Shown piece after piece: positions 60,505-64,000 of a DNA stretch of 64,000 bases (positions within the stretch are counted from its first letter, which is position 1; each line of letters begins with the position of its first letter). The stretch is taken from NCBI GenBank assembly GCA_963725865.1, contig CAVSAC010000014.1, positions 485,422 through 549,421 on the forward strand, in the 5' to 3' direction. Position numbers and translations under genes: made by a program. The notes under the pieces were generated by a model. It saw nothing but the letters and a program-made list of their open reading frames with translations. It was not told where the DNA came from and did not search any database. The DNA is from Candidatus Eiseniibacteriota bacterium. Its GTDB lineage: Bacteria > Eisenbacteria > RBG-16-71-46.

Positions 60505-63500
60505 TCAGCGCGCCAGCACCACGCGTCGCTCCGCGCGGAAACGCGCGGAGGGCGCCTCGACTCGCACGAAGTAGATGCCGGCCGCCGCGTGACCGCCGTG
60601 CATGCGGCCGTCCCACGCCAGGCTCACGCGCCCCACGACCGTCGCGAGCGGCCCGGCCGCCAGCGTGGCGACGCGGCGGCCGGTGATGTCGTAGATCGTG
60701 ACATCCAGATCCGCCGGCGCGCGACCGGCCGCGTCGGTGGGCGCGACGAATGCGAGCCGCACCGGCTCGCCGCCATGCGCGGGTACCGGCCACACCACCA
60801 GCCCGCCGATCGCCACCTCGATCGCGACCTGGCCGACCGCGGTCTCCTCGCCGAGTCCGCTCAGCGCGCGCAACGCGTAGGTGCTGCCGGGCACGCCGGT
60901 GGCATCGAGGTAGGTCGTCGCCGCGATCGGATCGGGTCCCACGCGTTCGCCGTCGCCGCTCGCGCCCGGCGGGCGGCGGTACACGCGGTAGCCCGCGATC
61001 CCGGCCGGACCGAACGGCGGATCGGTGGCCCAGGCGAGCGCCACGCCGTCGGGCGTCGGGCGGGCGGTGAAACTCACGAGCGCGACCGCGCGATCGATCG
61101 CGAAGGACTCCGACCGCACGGCGCCGGCGAGGCCCGCACGACTCGGCGCGACGCGCACCCGTGCCACGCCTGCCGCGGAGGGCACGCGGATCGTCGCCTC
61201 GGTGGTGTCCGCGCCCCCCACGGCATGCGCGACCTCGGTCCAGCTCACGCCCTCGTCGGTCGACAGCGCGACGTCGGCGGGCTCGGCGCCGCGCCAGCTC
61301 ACACGCTGCAGCGAGCCGGCGGGCCAGCGCGCGCCTGCGCGCGGACTCAGCACGCGATAGCGCGCCCAGTCCACCACCCGCACCATGCCGTCCTCGGGCC
61401 CCCCCGTGCTCGCGTGCGGCGCGCCCAGCAGCGCGTCGGCGAGACCGTCCGAGTCGGGCGCGGTCGCGAGCGCGGCGCCGAGGTGCGCGGCCGGTGCGGT
61501 GCCGATCCAGGCGGTGATCACCCGCGCGTCGGGGGCGAGCCCGCCGCGATAGAGTCGCACCGCGCCCTCGCCGGTGGGGCCCTCGAGCGGGGAGCCCACC
61601 AGCAGGTCGTCGAAGCCGTCCCCATCGAGGTCGCCGCCCGCGAGCGACGTTCCGCACCACGCGCCGGGCTCCGTGCCGAGGATGCTCACATCCGCGTGCG
61701 GATCGAAGGTCGCGGCTCCCAGGTAGACCGCGACGCGCCCGGCGTCCACCGCCCCCGCCGCGTCGTACAGCGGCGCCCCCACCGCCAGGTCGGCGCGGCC
61801 GTCGCCGTCCAGGTCGCCCGGGAACGCGACCGTGCTTCCGAACGCGGCACCCGGCTGGTCGCCATCGATGCGCAGCGTGGGTCGCGTCGCGATGCTCGCG
61901 CCGCCGCGAAAGACCTGCACCTCCCCGGAGCCGGCGCCCCCGACCGCCGCGCCCGGCGCGCCCACCACGAGGTCGGCCCGGCCATCGCCGTCGAGATCGC
62001 CGATCGCCACGGCCGCGCCGAAGCGGCTGCCCGACTGCGAGCCGGTGAGCACCGCGTACGGCGCGCTCGGCACCGACCCGCGGAAGACGTACACGCGGCC
62101 GCGACTGGCGAAGATGGTGTCGTCGGGTGCGCCCACCGCGATTTCGGCGCGGCCGTCGCCATCGAGGTCGCCGCAGGCGACCGCGGCCCCGAACGAGCCT
62201 CCGGCGGCCGGCCACGCCAGCACGGTGGTCGGGGTCGAATCGGGCGGGGTGCCGCCGCGCCAGATCCGCACCGCGCCAGGCGCGCCATCGTCGCGCGGAT
62301 CGCCGACCACGAGATCGTCGAAGTGGTCGCCATCCACGTCCGCGCCGGTCGCCAGCGCGGCGCCGAGCCGCGGGCCGGCGCCGGGCGCGAGGAGCGCGTG
62401 CCGGACGCGACCGTCGATAGCGACCCGCAGGAGCCGCGGAGGTGTGGCCGCCGGCTCGGCGACCACCAACAGTTCGGGCACGCCATCGTGATCCCAGCCG
62501 CCGATCGCGCCCAATCGGGTGCCGAAGCGCTCGCCGGGCGCCGCGCCGCGCAGGGGATCGCGCTCGTCCGCGACCGCGGCCGCGGGCGGGACCGGCCGCG
62601 CGACGCGGATCGGCGCGCGGGTCGAGGTCTGGCTCCACGACTGCGGGAAGAGCCCGGAGCGGCTCAGGCGCACCCGCGCGTCGAGGGTGGGCGCGTCGGG
62701 CACCGTGAGCGTGATCGCGTTCTGCGGGGCACCGCCGACGCCGGTGGCGAGCGGTTCCCAGCTCGCGCCGCCGTCGAGCGAGAGCGAGACGTCGACGAGC
62801 GGAGTTCCGCTCCAGCGGATCGCGCGCTGCTCGCCGACCAGCCACGTCTCGGGCGGTGTCGGCGCGAGCAGATGCGGGCGCTCGATCGTGTGGACACGCG
62901 CCTCGCCGCTGTTGAACGCGACCGAGTCGCGCCCGGGGATGCCGACTGCGAACTCCGAGAAGCCGTCGCCGTCGCGATCGCCGGCGGACGCCACGCTGAC
63001 GCCGAGGTTGTCGTTGGCGCCGCGGCCCTCGAGGACGAGCAGCGGCGTGGCGGCCGGCTGTGCGCCGCCCGAATAGAGGTACGCGCGCCCCACCAACGAC
63101 TGCGTGCTGGAGGTGCGGTAGGCGCCGACGATCAGATCGTCGACGCCATCGCCGTCGACATCGCCGGCATCCGCGACCGCGCTGCCGAACAGTCCCGCGG
63201 AGACCGGCCCGCTCAGGAGCGTGAACGGCTGCGGGCTCACGACGGCGCCCCCGCGGTAGAGGTACACGCGTCCCGGTCCGGCGGCGCCGCCCGGCTCGAG
63301 CGGCGCGCCGATCGCGAAGTCGTCGTAGCCGTCGCCGTCCTGGTCGCCGAGGCCCGTGACGGCGGTGCCGAAATAGGTCGGCGGCGTCGTGGGCGAGGGA
63401 ATGAAGAGGCTGGACGGTCGGGTGCCCGGACCTCCGAAGTACAGGACCACGCACGCGACCGGTGCGGGCGCACCGACGAGCAGGTCGTCGTAGCCGTCGC

Positions 63501-64000
63501 CGTTCACGTCGCCGACCCGCGCCAGCGCGGTACCGAACGACGCGAGCGTGCTCGTGAGCTCGATATCGGGGCGCCCATCGGGACGGATGCCGCCGAAGTA
63601 GATGTTGACGCGCTGGGCCGTCAGGGTGGGGCTGCTGGTGCCGACGGCGATGTCGTCGAAGCCGTCGCCATTGAAGTCCCCGATGCCGGCCACCGAGGAT
63701 CCGAAGTTCGCCGTCAGCTCGTTGCTCGGCCGGGCGGCGTAGGACAGCGTGAGGTCCTCGAGCGAATCCGCGTCGGGCCAGCCGAAGTAGACCGCCGCGC
63801 GCCCCACCGGCCCGAAGTTCCCGTAGACGGAGTGCGGGGCACCCACCACGATGTCGGGCGAGCCGTCGCCGTTGAAGTCGCCGCCGCCGGCCACCGACTG
63901 GCCGAACCCCTCCGACGGGAGGTTGTCGAGCACGCGCCGCGGACCGCCGGAGCCGGGCAGCACGTACGCGCGCCCGCGCGTCAGCCCGCTGAGGTAGTTG
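60505..64000 (-). CDS. Large FG-GAP (integrin-alpha-like) repeat protein with C-terminal FlgD-Ig-like domain; 5' end beyond window
   Basis: Many 'GDxxGDGxxDLxVGAP' repeats, two Ig-like inserts, 'YDITGRRV...WDG...AGIYFVR'. The frame stays open to base 64000. Confidence 0.92.
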   Translation of the reverse strand, partial: NYLSGLTRGRAYVLPGSGGPRRVLDNLPSEGFGQSVAGGGDFNGDGSPDIVVGAPHSVYGNFGPVGRAAVYFGWPDADSLEDLTLSYAARPSNELTANFGSSVAGIGDFNGDGFDDIAVGTSSPTLTAQRVNIYFGGIRPDGRPDIELTSTLASFGTALARVGDVNGDGYDDLLVGAPAPVACVVLYFGGPGTRPSSLFIPSPTTPPTYFGTAVTGLGDQDGDGYDDFAIGAPLEPGGAAGPGRVYLYRGGAVVSPQPFTLLSGPVSAGLFGSAVADAGDVDGDGVDDLIVGAYRTSSTQSLVGRAYLYSGGAQPAATPLLVLEGRGANDNLGVSVASAGDRDGDGFSEFAVGIPGRDSVAFNSGEARVHTIERPHLLAPTPPETWLVGEQRAIRWSGTPLVDVSLSLDGGASWEPLATGVGGAPQNAITLTVPDAPTLDARVRLSRSGLFPQSWSQTSTRAPIRVARPVPPAAAVADERDPLRGAAPGERFGTRLGAIGGWDHDGVPELLVVAEPAATPPRLLRVAIDGRVRHALLAPGAGPRLGAALATGADVDGDHFDDLVVGDPRDDGAPGAVRIWRGGTPPDSTPTTVLAWPAAGGSFGAAVACGDLDGDGRAEIAVGAPDDTIFASRGRVYVFRGSVPSAPYAVLTGSQSGSRFGAAVAIGDLDGDGRADLVVGAPGAAVGGAGSGEVQVFRGGASIATRPTLRIDGDQPGAAFGSTVAFPGDLDGDGRADLAVGAPLYDAAGAVDAGRVAVYLGAATFDPHADVSILGTEPGAWCGTSLAGGDLDGDGFDDLLVGSPLEGPTGEGAVRLYRGGLAPDARVITAWIGTAPAAHLGAALATAPDSDGLADALLGAPHASTGGPEDGMVRVVDWARYRVLSPRAGARWPAGSLQRVSWRGAEPADVALSTDEGVSWTEVAHAVGGADTTEATIRVPSAAGVARVRVAPSRAGLAGAVRSESFAIDRAVALVSFTARPTPDGVALAWATDPPFGPAGIAGYRVYRRPPGASGDGERVGPDPIAATTYLDATGVPGSTYALRALSGLGEETAVGQVAIEVAIGGLVVWPVPAHGGEPVRLAFVAPTDAAGRAPADLDVTIYDITGRRVATLAAGPLATVVGRVSLAWDGRMHGGHAAAGIYFVRVEAPSARFRAERRVVLAR

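Overview
Very GC-rich bacterial chromosomal window. The FlgD-Ig-like C-terminal domains and a C-terminal TWGxLKxxYR motif hint at an FCB-related lineage such as Ca. Eisenbacteria; this is inference only. Scattered single-base frameshifts, including one in atpD, look like long-read errors. Left to right: (1) an ECF sigma / Ser-Thr kinase / TPR-protein operon; (2) LemA plus an M48 protease with a duplicated C-terminal region; (3) a ~9 kb patchwork (6.4-15.5 kb) of IS91-family transposase remnants, two oriIS-like motifs, truncated housekeeping fragments (E2 acyltransferase, histidine kinase, DinB, a second allele of atpD'-atpC) and two intact lower-GC cargo genes, each flanked by duplicated gene 3' ends; (4) the complete F-type ATP synthase operon with an apparent AtpI-subunit a fusion; (5) NUDIX, YajQ and a two-gene pseudo-CHAT/transglutaminase-like + alpha/beta-hydrolase module; (6) housekeeping genes (CPA2 antiporter, M20 dipeptidase, ferredoxin, KorAB + FNR-like reductase, TPM/LemA, trehalose otsAB/treT); (7) a degenerate chemosensory-like trio; (8) a conserved unknown gene behind a sigma54-type promoter; (9) asnB, GT39, guaB, a beta-barrel and an FG-GAP protein. 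No rRNA, tRNA or CRISPR array was recognised. The best candidates for new biology are the IS91-associated gene-capture patchwork and the pseudo-caspase/transglutaminase + lipase module. All assignments were made by eye, without database searches.
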